A stretch of DNA of 51,476 nucleotides from IMG/VR virus record IMGVR_UViG_3300037419_001570, positions 1-51,476 of that record; one strand, written 5' to 3'. Positions 17,912-26,428 of this stretch are shown one piece after another. Source of the stretch: a virus (Duplodnaviria; Caudoviricetes). The position numbers and the translations under genes were made by a program. The notes below the pieces were generated by a model that saw only the letters and a program-made list of their open reading frames with translations, had not been told where the DNA came from and searched no databases. Each line of letters opens with the position of its first letter. Position 1 is the first letter of the stretch.

Positions 17912-18349
17912 TCATCCAGCCGCCTTGAGTTCGGTCTCGCCCGCCGCCAACAGCACTTCCTCCGTCGGGTGTCCTCCCGATGAGCGAGGGGCGTGGAACG
18001 ACTCGTCGTCGCTCGACGCGTCCGGGTCCTCCCAGCCGTAGGCGTAGTCCGTCGCCCGGCGGTAGGCGTCGAGGATGTGGCCTTCGAGCCAAAGGCGGGT
18101 GGCCTGGTTGATCGGATAGGTCACGTCCACATGCCTGCCGTTCTGGAGCTGCCGCGAGGGGAAGGCCACGGACGTCCGGTCGCCGAGATGGAGGACCCGG
18201 ATGTTCGTGATCGCGATCCCGTCGTTGAGGACCAGCTCCACCTTGGCCCTGAGCCCCGGGTAGGCCGGATCGTCTCGCAGGTGGATGCGGGGCGGCTCGC
18301 TGAGATAAAGCCCGTTGTGCATGTTCATGGCGTTCTTCCTGGTGATCAT
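17912..18349 (-). CDS. SpoVG-family protein
   Basis: LRAKVELVLNDGIAITNIRVL...VAFPSR...DVTYPINQATR..ILDAY. Confidence 0.85.
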   Translation of the reverse strand: MITRKNAMNMHNGLYLSEPPRIHLRDDPAYPGLRAKVELVLNDGIAITNIRVLHLGDRTSVAFPSRQLQNGRHVDVTYPINQATRLWLEGHILDAYRRATDYAYGWEDPDASSDDESFHAPRSSGGHPTEEVLLAAGETELKAAG

Positions 18350-18400
18350 CGAAGTCCTCGATAGTGAATGGGGCGAACGGGATGGAGTGGGACGGGTGGA

Positions 18401-18619
18401 TCAGAACGCGGGTTCGAGCCTCCCCTGGCGTCGGACCACCTGGCGCACGCCGTGCGTGAATGCCGCGAATCGCGCCCACTCGCCGGGGCCGGCGGTGCGC
18501 GGCATGAATCGGACGTCGCGGTGCCGGGCGTTGACGAAGGTGTCGATCACGGGTCGGCTGCCGGAGCCGGCCAGCCCGTCGGTCTGCTCGTACTGGCGGC
18601 GAAGGTCTGCTGTGAACAT
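18401..18619 (-). CDS. hypothetical protein
   Basis: AAGGAG RBS. Confidence 0.6.
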   Translation of the reverse strand: MFTADLRRQYEQTDGLAGSGSRPVIDTFVNARHRDVRFMPRTAGPGEWARFAAFTHGVRQVVRRQGRLEPAF

Positions 18620-18680
18620 GCGAATCTCCTTGCTGAAGAAAGGCCGTGATGGGATGTAGAGCGAAACAGGGAAGGGCCGG

Positions 18681-19157
18681 TCAGCTCGCGGCCTGGTCGG
18701 GCACGGCGACGCCGTTGACGACCGAGGCGTGGCGGCCGGGCAGCCGGATCACGCCGACGCTCACGCCCGCCTCGGAGGCCGCCTCGCGGACCGCCTCGAC
18801 GAACGCCGCCTCACGCATCTCCTCGGGCGTGAACCGGGCAGGCAGCCGCAGCGAGCCGGCCGGGGCCAGCTTCGTGACCAGCAGCACGCTCTCGTTCGGG
18901 TCGTCGGCGACCATGTACATGACCCCGGTCTCGGTCAGGTGGTGGACCGGCCCTTGCTCGCGGAGCGCGGGGGCCAACTCGTCGGCGATCCGCTCCTGGC
19001 GCCGCACGAGCTCGCGGGCCTTCTCGGTGTTCGACGCCAGCTCCGACCGGAGACGGTTGTCCTTCTCGTCGAGAGTGTGACCCTGCTCTTCGAGGGCGAT
19101 GTATTCGGAGATCAGCCCGCGGGCGTGATCGGCGTTGGCGTTGGTCGCGTTCTTCAA
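18681..19157 (-). CDS. hypothetical coiled-coil protein
   Basis: TTG start with GAGGAG. Confidence 0.65.
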   Translation of the reverse strand: MKNATNANADHARGLISEYIALEEQGHTLDEKDNRLRSELASNTEKARELVRRQERIADELAPALREQGPVHHLTETGVMYMVADDPNESVLLVTKLAPAGSLRLPARFTPEEMREAAFVEAVREAASEAGVSVGVIRLPGRHASVVNGVAVPDQAAS

Positions 19158-19199
19158 GGCGTGCTCCTCTTCCTGGGTGAGGTTGGGGACGGGGGTGGT

Positions 19200-19391
19200 T
19201 CAGTCGGACCGTCGCAGCGACGCGATCACGACCAACTCGGCGAGCGTGAACGGCCTCATGATGTCGACCTCGACCTCGCCGAGCGGGATCATCGACCTGG
19301 CGATCGTTTCGAGGGCGGCGTCGCAGGCCCGACGCTGCATCGCGTCCTGGGGCTTGCGGCGAAGGATCAAGGTCGCGGTTTCGATGCTCAT
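19200..19391 (-). CDS. hypothetical protein
   Basis: GGAGGAG RBS, 63 aa. Confidence 0.55.
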   Translation of the reverse strand: MSIETATLILRRKPQDAMQRRACDAALETIARSMIPLGEVEVDIMRPFTLAELVVIASLRRSD

Positions 19392-19470
19392 GATGCTCCT
19401 CCTCGCGAAAACGATGAATTTGGGAAACTTCGTAACAACGCCACTTTGTGCGGCGTATACTTTCGCGGCG

Positions 19471-19659
19471 TCACCCCGCGATCTTGCGTCGCCGGGGCTT
19501 CGGCTTGATCGGGTGTTCCCTGTCGAGCTTCTCGACGATCGCCTCCTCGATGAAGGCGTTCGACGGAACGCGTGTGTTCCGTCGGTGGTCCACGAGCCGG
19601 TCGTGGACTTCACCCCGGAGCCTGATCGTGACCCCGATGGTCAACGTCGCCTGCGACAC
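19471..19659 (-). CDS. RHH (Arc-like) regulator, Cro position
   Basis: VTIRLRGEVHDRL...SNAFIEEAIVEKL; first gene of the early operon. Confidence 0.75.
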   Translation of the reverse strand: MSQATLTIGVTIRLRGEVHDRLVDHRRNTRVPSNAFIEEAIVEKLDREHPIKPKPRRRKIAG

Positions 19660-19716
19660 TTGAGTCTCCTTTCGTGGGTCGGTTGCAACCTGTCAGTTGG
19701 TTGCTTCACTGGCCCA

Positions 19717-19793
19717 AGAATACGCTAGAAGGCTAGCCTTTGCAATAGGCTAGCCTATGAATTTTGCAAATTCGCTAGCCTTCGGGATATAAC
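19717..19793. promoter_or_regulatory. divergent promoters with GGCTAGCC operators
   Basis: Left TTGCAA-17-TATTCT; right TTGCAA-18-TATAAC; GCTAG(CC) four times. Confidence 0.75.
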
Positions 19794-19813
19794 TCTTTAC
19801 TGGAAAGGGCTAT

Positions 19814-20209
19814 ATGGCCACACTGGCGGACATGAAGCTCGACAAGAAAAAGCAGATCAGCTACCGATCCACCGACGAGATCGTGGCCAACCTCGACCTG
19901 GCGGCGGCCAGGCTGGCGTCGGTCAAGGTCTCGTTCGGCGGCGGCAAGCTGCGCACCGGGCATCTCGTGAACGCGATCGCGCTGTGGGTGGGCGAGATGC
20001 CTACCGAGGAGTTGGTCCGCTTCGCGAAGCCGAAGCTGGCCGCCCTGGAATCCTACCTGGGGCGGCTCGATGACGACGCGGACGACGACGACTTAATTGG
20101 TGCTCTGCCTGAGCATCCGATTCCGGTCCGCCCCCCTCGGGAGGTTAAGGCGCACAGCCAGGACTTGCCCGTCGTCGGAAAAACTCGCCGACCAGCCGGC
20201 AAGAAATGA
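19814..20209 (+). CDS. putative repressor (RHH-like)
   Basis: Divergent from the early operon; KKQISYRSTDEIVANL strand-helix pattern. Confidence 0.55.
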   Translation: MATLADMKLDKKKQISYRSTDEIVANLDLAAARLASVKVSFGGGKLRTGHLVNAIALWVGEMPTEELVRFAKPKLAALESYLGRLDDDADDDDLIGALPEHPIPVRPPREVKAHSQDLPVVGKTRRPAGKK

Positions 20210-20305
20210 TCGCTCATGGGCGTTCCATTCCTCGCGAGAGCAGGTGACTTGTTCGACCTTCAGCGGCTCGCCCTGCACTTCAAAGAAATGCTCGACGTGA
20301 CGCAT
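20093..20305 (-). CDS. small hypothetical protein antisense to the repressor 3' end
   Basis: GGGAGG RBS, 70 aa. Confidence 0.4.
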   Translation of the reverse strand: MRHVEHFFEVQGEPLKVEQVTCSREEWNAHERSFLAGWSASFSDDGQVLAVRLNLPRGADRNRMLRQSTN

Positions 20306-20542
20306 GCCCGCGCCTCCCTGCTCCGGCGGTCGCCATCGACCTGGGGTAATGTGTCGACCATCGTACACCGCTGGACGTCTGCGCCCGAACGGTTTAAAAG
20401 ATCAGGTTAGTAAGCCTGATCAAGGGCCGTCAATACGTGCTTGGGATGCATCGCGGATTTTTGCATCCAGGATCTGGATTCGGGCCGCCGGCGCTGTAAA
20501 TTGTCGTGGTTGCAACCCTGTGGTTTCAATGGAGGCGGCGCG

Positions 20543-21580
20543 ATGATTTGCGGGCTCGTGATGGCGACGGCGTTGGCGGGGCAGCAGGCGGTGGAGATCG
20601 TGGAGGCCGCGGACGACGGGCCGACGACCCAGGGCGTGTACGTTTCGGCGTCGATCTCGGACATGGAGGCGTGGGACCGCCGGTTCGTCGATCAATCCCC
20701 GCTCGATGCGAAGCCGGTCCCGGTCGCGAGGGTGGCGTTCGGGACGATGGCCAGGGTGATCGGAGAGTCGTCCGCGTCGTTCCGGGCGGACGACGGCACG
20801 ATCGAGCGAATCCCGTTCAATCGCGTCGTCCTCCTCGATGGGGCGTTGGCCGGCGCCAAGGTCTACGTCTCGGCCCGCAGGTGCAAGGCGACCGACCGCA
20901 AGCCCGAGCCTCTCATCTCGCCTCGCGCCGAACCGGGTTTCGTCTCGCGAGAGACGGTGCTGAAGCAGATCAACGGGCTGGCCACGCCGTCTTACGTGTC
21001 GTCGAGCCCGGGTGAACTGATCGGCTACCTGGCGGACGGCGGCATGGACCTCAGTAAAGCGGTGCGCATGCCTCCGGGCGTCGCCGACGTGGGATATGGG
21101 ATGCGCGCGAAAATCCTCGGCGAGTCGCGGATGGCGGACACGAACACGAGCACCGTGAAAGTCGGCTACGTGGTCGAGATGCTCGAAGGTGCGGCGAAAG
21201 GCTGCCGCGTGGTCGTCTATCCCACGTGGGTCGGGGAGCGGCCTCCGGGGTCTTCGCCGGCGGCCACGAGTCGGAGGGAAGAGGAGCTTAAGACCACGAT
21301 CGCCCATCGAAAGGCCAGGCGGGCGGGACGTCGCGCGTACAGCCGCAAACGGGACCAAGAGGAAGCCGATGCGAGGGAGAAGGCCCAGGCCGAATACCAG
21401 GCGATGCTCCCCTTGCTCCTGGAGCAGCAACGCATCCAGCTCGAAGCGATGAACCAGGCCCAGCGGAACGCCGCGCTCCAGCGCATGGCGAAGGCGGCCG
21501 AGCGCGAGGCCGGCGCCGCCGAGTACCGGGCCGGGATGCCCCGGACGATCAAGCCGGACGGGACGGTCGGCTCGCAGTGA
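20543..21580 (+). CDS. secreted protein with internal domain duplication and coiled-coil tail
   Basis: Signal-like N-terminus; GGAGG RBS. Confidence 0.75.
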   Translation: MICGLVMATALAGQQAVEIVEAADDGPTTQGVYVSASISDMEAWDRRFVDQSPLDAKPVPVARVAFGTMARVIGESSASFRADDGTIERIPFNRVVLLDGALAGAKVYVSARRCKATDRKPEPLISPRAEPGFVSRETVLKQINGLATPSYVSSSPGELIGYLADGGMDLSKAVRMPPGVADVGYGMRAKILGESRMADTNTSTVKVGYVVEMLEGAAKGCRVVVYPTWVGERPPGSSPAATSRREEELKTTIAHRKARRAGRRAYSRKRDQEEADAREKAQAEYQAMLPLLLEQQRIQLEAMNQAQRNAALQRMAKAAEREAGAAEYRAGMPRTIKPDGTVGSQ

Positions 21581-21753
21581 CCGCCCTCCTCGTCGACTTG
21601 GCCTGCCAATTCATCACCACCGCCCTGTGCCTGGCCGTGCTCGCCGGCTGGTGGTGGAAAGTTCACGGCCGCCGCGCGTGGATGCGCGAATTGGGCCGCC
21701 GCGAGGCCGCGCGCATCCGCGAATGGCGGAACCGGGGCAGGCCGTTGGGCTGA
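21577..21753 (+). CDS. small membrane protein
   Basis: Own translation MTALLVDLACQFITTALCLAVLAGWWWK...; GTGA coupling. Confidence 0.55.
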   Translation: MTALLVDLACQFITTALCLAVLAGWWWKVHGRRAWMRELGRREAARIREWRNRGRPLG

Positions 21754-21796
21754 GCCGACCAACTTCAACGGCCGCGGCCCAAGGCAGGCCCACGCA

Positions 21797-21930
21797 CCCC
21801 ATTGGAACGCTTGGAACGCTATTTCTAAACCCCTCCTGATTTAAAGAAATTGCACTATTGTACAGTAGAATGGGGTATTTAATTAAATATGGGGGGGGTT
21901 AGGAAAGGCGTTCTGAGCGTTCCAGTGGGG
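21797..21930. repeat. 40-bp imperfect inverted repeat around an AT-rich core (candidate origin)
   Basis: Arms 21797-21836 and 21891-21930. Confidence 0.8.
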
Positions 21931-21995
21931 ATTCCGCCGTCCGCTTGAAGCTGGTCGGCCCCGGATTCCTCGGCTGAATCGTGCGCGAGTCGGCT

Positions 21996-22023
21996 TTGAC
22001 CCGGCGGTGAATCGTCGTATACT
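21996..22023 (+). promoter_or_regulatory. sigma70-like promoter
   Basis: TTGACC-16-TATACT. Confidence 0.55.
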
Positions 22024-22063
22024 AAAGCAGGATAACGACATCCACCCCTAGGAGCACGCCGCC

Positions 22064-22564
22064 GTGCCGACTCCCAGGCTCTCCGAGCCCGCGCGCATGT
22101 ATCGCGACGGCGTGTGGCTCAAGCAACACCGGTCCGGCCTCACGATCAAGGCGATCGCCGACGGGGCCGGCGTCAGCCCCCGCACCGTCCAGCTCGGGCT
22201 GAAGCGCGCCCGCGACGAGGTCGAGCGGATCGTCAGCGCCCCGTCCCCGGCGAATCGCTGGTGGTTGGACCTCGTCCCGCTGTTCCCCATCGACTCGTTC
22301 ACGCCGCAATCGAAGTGCCCCCACCACGGCCCGATCCGGCCCGGCTCGCTGTTCTGCTGCATGGTGTGCTCCCGGACCGGAGTGGACGGCCACCCCGCGC
22401 TGCGGCGGGACCCCGCGACCGACCCGAGGCCCGAGCCGAAGCCGATCGAGCCGCCGCCGTCGAAGGCAGACGCCAAACCGCCCGCGCCGGAGACCCGCCG
22501 GGAGCGGCGGAAGCGCGAGGCGGAAGAGAGATCCAGGGGCCTGTCCCGAAAGGACGCCGCATGA
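22064..22564 (+). CDS. HTH + Zn-binding regulator (possible late activator)
   Basis: GLTIKAIADGAGVSPRTVQ; CPHH...CCMVC; AGGAG RBS. Confidence 0.7.
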   Translation: MPTPRLSEPARMYRDGVWLKQHRSGLTIKAIADGAGVSPRTVQLGLKRARDEVERIVSAPSPANRWWLDLVPLFPIDSFTPQSKCPHHGPIRPGSLFCCMVCSRTGVDGHPALRRDPATDPRPEPKPIEPPPSKADAKPPAPETRRERRKREAEERSRGLSRKDAA

Positions 22565-22953
22565 GCGACGAGCCGAAGACGATCAAGGTGCGACTGATGG
22601 TGGAGTGCGAGGTCGGTGGGACGATGGACGACGGCCGCCTGCGCGAGATCGCAAGGCGCGTGGTCGCCGGCGCCGTCGCGAGGGACTCGGGCCACCGCGT
22701 CGGCGACGCCTGCACGTTCACCCGGCCGGGCGCCTGGGTCCTGGTCCGCGACCCCGTGGAACTCCCGGAGGATGCGGCCGACCCGTACCTCTCGGCGATC
22801 GCCGACGCCGTGGCGGAAACCGAATGGACGGAGGATTGCGTCCTCGAAATTACCGCCGCATGCACGGTCGCGATCACCCACCGCCACGGCGTGCGCACCG
22901 TCGAGATCAAGGATGGCGGGTCGAGAGCCGAGCGGCTGCCGTCCAAGGCCTGA
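22561..22953 (+). CDS. hypothetical protein
   Basis: ATGA coupling. Confidence 0.6.
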   Translation: MSDEPKTIKVRLMVECEVGGTMDDGRLREIARRVVAGAVARDSGHRVGDACTFTRPGAWVLVRDPVELPEDAADPYLSAIADAVAETEWTEDCVLEITAACTVAITHRHGVRTVEIKDGGSRAERLPSKA

Positions 22954-23168
22954 ACCGGGGCGCGGAAAGGTCGCATAAGCAAACGCCGATCGTCGGAAAT
23001 ACGTCGGGGACCATGTTCCGCTCCATTCCCCTCCATTCCCCTCTGTTCCTCTTAAAGCCGGATTCCGGCACGATCATGCGTGAATCGGTCTTCTTACCTG
23101 GGGCAAAGAGAACGACGCAAGCCCCTGATTGCCAAGAGCTTGCGTCGATTTATGGGCTGCGGATTTAA

Positions 23169-23215
23169 GCTGGGGATCAAGGATTCGAACCTTGACTAAC
23201 TGATCCAGAGTCAGT
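23169..23215 (-). mobile_element. attP core: 3' half of tRNA-Gln(CTG)
   Basis: ACTGA-CTCTGGA-TCAGT..CAAGG-TTCGAAT-CCTTG-ATCCCCAG; 5' half absent. Confidence 0.85.
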
Positions 23216-23377
23216 TTAACGTGCAGATGCAAACCTGTAAAGGCGCAATAACTTAAGTGCGATTCACGGAACCCCGCGTCGGGAATACGTCGGAACGGGG
23301 GTCTGGAAGCCGGGCAGGCCGCATAAAACACGGGGTTTTGGTGATTTCAGGGGCCTGGGGCGGAAAGCGAGGTCGTC

Positions 23378-23590
23378 GTGGACCGAAAAGGCTTGAGGGT
23401 GGTCGGCTGGCCGGACCGGTGCGGCGACGCGCCGCCGGCCCCGCCGGTGGTCGCTCCGTTCGGCAGGGTCGGCGGGCATCCGGTCGACCTGGTCATGTGG
23501 CGGGGCGCCCGGCCGCCGGACGGCGACGCCGTGTGGCACCCCTTCGGATGCTGGGTGGCGCTCAGGTTCAGCGCGTCCGTGGCGGGTTGA
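23378..23590 (+). CDS. small hypothetical protein
   Basis: GAGG RBS, 70 aa. Confidence 0.4.
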   Translation: MDRKGLRVVGWPDRCGDAPPAPPVVAPFGRVGGHPVDLVMWRGARPPDGDAVWHPFGCWVALRFSASVAG

Positions 23591-23593
23591 GCC

Positions 23594-23788
23594 TCACTCG
23601 GCCTTGCGGCCGAACTCGGTGGCGTGGACGCGGTCGACCGCCTCGACGATCACGGCGGTGTTGGTGACGGGCGGCCTGCCCTCGCCCCACCGCGCGGCCA
23701 GGGCCTCGATCTTGGCCAGCGTGGCGGCCGGAAAACGGAAGCTCTGGCGGACTCGAGGGGCGGGGGTCGGCCTGGGTCTGTCGGTCAT
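23594..23788 (-). CDS. RHH protein
   Basis: RQSFRFPAATLAKIEALAARW..TNTAVIVEAVDR. Confidence 0.7.
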   Translation of the reverse strand: MTDRPRPTPAPRVRQSFRFPAATLAKIEALAARWGEGRPPVTNTAVIVEAVDRVHATEFGRKAE

Positions 23789-24462
23789 GATTGATCCTTT
23801 CGGGGGAGGCGACGTCCTAATTTCAGCCTTCTGGCCCTCACGGCCGTTGCGGTGCGGCCCAGGCGCTCGGCGATCTCCGCATCGGACGCGGTGCCGAGGA
23901 GGTCCTCCTCTTCCGGTGTCCAGTCCAGGGGATGGACCCTGGCGCGCGCCGCCAGCGACATGGCAAGTCGGGCGGCCTCGCTTTTCGGCCGTCTCGCGGC
24001 GGCGGCCGCGGCGGCGCGGAATCGCGGGTGCAAAGGGAGCCCCCGACGCGCCGCCGATTTCCTGGCGGACGCTTCGGGGGACGCCGCCGCCAGCATCGCC
24101 TTGCGACGGACGTCGTCCGTAATCTTGTCGGGGACGTACTCGCGATGCAGTCGACTGGTCCCCTCCGTGGTGCGTCCGACGCCCAACGCCCGTCGCCAAC
24201 TCTGAACGGTCCTCAACGTGACGGCCCAATGGTGCGCGACGGCCTGTTCGCTCTCGACTCGCACCGCATCGACGAGATCGCCGCACAGGATGAGCGACGG
24301 TCGGGGGTTGCATCGCCAGTAGGGCCACGGGATCGGGCCGTCGGACCAACCGAGCACCTTGACGTCGCCGTCCCGCTTTTCGCACGTGAGGACGTCGCCC
24401 CGCTTGACCGGCGGCGCGACGTAGGGGCCGTGGATCAACTTGAGTCGATCGGCGTCATCCAT
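23785..24462 (-). CDS. DNA-binding protein with HTH, NUMOD3-like and Myb-like segments
   Basis: AVAHHWAVTLRTVQSWRRALG; KSEAARLAMS; WTPEEEDLL..EIAERLGRT..VRARR. Confidence 0.65.
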   Translation of the reverse strand: MDDADRLKLIHGPYVAPPVKRGDVLTCEKRDGDVKVLGWSDGPIPWPYWRCNPRPSLILCGDLVDAVRVESEQAVAHHWAVTLRTVQSWRRALGVGRTTEGTSRLHREYVPDKITDDVRRKAMLAAASPEASARKSAARRGLPLHPRFRAAAAAAARRPKSEAARLAMSLAARARVHPLDWTPEEEDLLGTASDAEIAERLGRTATAVRARRLKLGRRLPRKDQS

Positions 24463-24770
24463 CAGTCGACCCACATGGGACAGAGGACCTCATGGTCGAT
24501 CTCGCCCGTCTTCACGTCGCGGATCGCGACGTACGTCCAGTCGTCATCCCACCCGTGGACGTTCGGCCTCCCCACGCCTTCGGCGACCTCGCGCCGCTGG
24601 GCGTCGTGGATGTCGCCGAAGCACTCTCGGTACTCGTCCACCGTGTCGAGATCGACGTCGTCGGCGATCCGGTCGTCGGTGAGTCGGTACGTCCCGTCGC
24701 CCTGGTCGACGAGCCCGTAGATATGGATCTCGCGAATCTGATTCGGTCCGGTCTGGGTCGTGGTCGCCAT
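24462..24770 (-). CDS. acidic hypothetical protein
   Basis: GAGGAG RBS; TGATG coupling. Confidence 0.7.
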   Translation of the reverse strand: MATTTQTGPNQIREIHIYGLVDQGDGTYRLTDDRIADDVDLDTVDEYRECFGDIHDAQRREVAEGVGRPNVHGWDDDWTYVAIRDVKTGEIDHEVLCPMWVD

Positions 24771-24826
24771 CGTCTCGTCTCCTCGTGCTGGCTGGTTTCA
24801 GGTCCGCGTCTCGTCTCCACACCCGA

Positions 24827-24855
24827 ACTATACAACGTGTGTCATGACATGTCAA
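24827..24855 (-). promoter_or_regulatory. near-consensus promoter with palindromic operator
   Basis: TTGACA-17-TATAGT; TGTCATGACA 24840-24849 and TGACATGTCA 24845-24854. Confidence 0.75.
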
Positions 24856-24896
24856 GACAGACAGGGTGGTTTTCTTGGATTCAGCTTGGGCTGACG

Positions 24897-24922
24897 CCTG
24901 CTTATCGAAAATGATAAGCAGG
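24897..24922. promoter_or_regulatory. palindrome CCTGCTTATC-N6-GATAAGCAGG, copy 1
   Basis: Identical arms at 27421-27446. Confidence 0.75.
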
Positions 24923-25075
24923 TATCAGCGGCGTTGCATTGCGCTCCCCGAAAATTTCATCTCCTTTCACGTAAGCCAGTTGCGTTGAATTACGGTCGTC
25001 ATCCAAACAAATTCGGATCGGCGTGCAACCGTTCCCGGTAGGTGGCCACGAAAACCCTGCCGACGCGGAAGACTC

Positions 25076-25786
25076 ATGCCGATCAAGCTTTGCGCCCTCG
25101 CCCTCGCCCTGCTGCTCCCGTGCGCGTCGACGCCGACCGCCGGGGCGCAGGCCCCCGACGACCGCGGCGAGGCCGTCTCCGGCCGGCCGGAGTACCAGGG
25201 CGTCGCTGCCAACGCGCCGATCCCGCCCGAGCAGCACATCCGCAACGAGGGCGGGGCCGACGGCGCCGGGCTCTGCGTCATCTCGGCGATCCTGTCCAAC
25301 GGGATGTACCAGAAGGTCCCGGGACTGGAAGGCGGGAAGCAATCCGAACTGTGGCGGACCGCCAAGAGTCGGCCCGGCGGATACTACCCCGGGAAGCTGG
25401 AAGCCCTGCTGAAAGAAGTCCTCCCCGGCGAAGAGTGGTTTAGCTGGGAGGGCAAGGGGACCGACCTGGTGGCCGAGTATTCGGCCCAGGGCTACCCTGT
25501 CGCGACCACGACCAACACCGGCGCGCTCTACGGCTATCAGTCGATCCACCACATGATCCAGGCCGCCCACTTGGACAGCCGGTGGGCCTGCATCGTCGAC
25601 AACAACGACCCCGGGCGCTACCACTGGATGCCGCGCGCCGAGTTCGACCGGCGGTTCGTGGACGGCGAGCAGGGCTGGGGCGTCGTCTGGCTCCGCAAGC
25701 CCAAGGTGTTCGCGTTCGCGCTGTCGGCGGCGGCCGTGCTGCTGGTCGCGTCCGCCGTGCTCGTCCATCACGGGGCAAGTCGATGA
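25076..25786 (+). CDS. secreted/membrane-anchored papain-fold (C39-like) cysteine peptidase
   Basis: Signal peptide; GLCVISA (Cys), HHM (His), IVDNN; C-terminal TM. Confidence 0.65.
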   Translation: MPIKLCALALALLLPCASTPTAGAQAPDDRGEAVSGRPEYQGVAANAPIPPEQHIRNEGGADGAGLCVISAILSNGMYQKVPGLEGGKQSELWRTAKSRPGGYYPGKLEALLKEVLPGEEWFSWEGKGTDLVAEYSAQGYPVATTTNTGALYGYQSIHHMIQAAHLDSRWACIVDNNDPGRYHWMPRAEFDRRFVDGEQGWGVVWLRKPKVFAFALSAAAVLLVASAVLVHHGASR

Positions 25787-26418
25787 AGACGCCTCCATTC
25801 TCCTCAATCAAAGCCTTCGGAGTGATCACGATGCTGTCCTTGATCGCGGCGTGCGTTGTCGCGCAGATGCCGGCGGGCCCGACGCCCGATCCGGCCTGGT
25901 ACTGGACGACCATCTACGGCCAGAGCGTCCAGGTGTGCGGGGTCACGGCCCCGGACGGCAAGCTCCGGTGGACGAGGGATTGGCGGGGGGATGAGCGGAT
26001 CGCCCCGAGCGAGCTGGAGCGCCGAGAGAAGGCCGCGGCCATCGACCAGCGACCGCCCCCCCCCACGCCTTCGCCCCAGGCCCCGGCGGTCAAGCCGGCG
26101 ATCAATTACGGCGTGAACGTCGAGCAGCTCACCGGGGACGGCCGGACGATCCGGGCCAGCGACCCGGCGACGCTGGCGAAGGTGAAGGCCGTCGTCGAGT
26201 CGGCCCGGCGGAAGACGCCGGAGTATTGCGAGGTCCACGGGACGGACAAGTGCCCCAACGGCGGCGGCTGCAAGCCGAAGCCGGCCGAGCCGGAGCGGAA
26301 GCCCGGTATCGTCGAGCGGGCCGAGGACGAGGTCAAGAAGCTGCTGCTCTACGCGATCGCGGCCATCGTCGTCCTCGCGGCCGTCTTCGTGGTCCTCCAA
26401 TCCAAGCCCCGAACGTGA
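25783..26418 (+). CDS. signal peptide + C-terminal TM protein
   Basis: Hydrophobic N and C termini; ATGA coupling. Confidence 0.7.
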   Translation: MKTPPFSSIKAFGVITMLSLIAACVVAQMPAGPTPDPAWYWTTIYGQSVQVCGVTAPDGKLRWTRDWRGDERIAPSELERREKAAAIDQRPPPPTPSPQAPAVKPAINYGVNVEQLTGDGRTIRASDPATLAKVKAVVESARRKTPEYCEVHGTDKCPNGGGCKPKPAEPERKPGIVERAEDEVKKLLLYAIAAIVVLAAVFVVLQSKPRT

Positions 26419-26428
26419 GGCCGTCGCC

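Noticed and set aside
23011-23050. GGA-NN tract as a RAMP guide array or CsrA sponge
   Set aside because: Sits between arm sites and the att core with 10-bp phasing; Xis-type sites are more parsimonious, though not proven
23169-23260. Complete tRNA-Gln gene
   Set aside because: D arm and 5' acceptor strand missing; interpreted as att core
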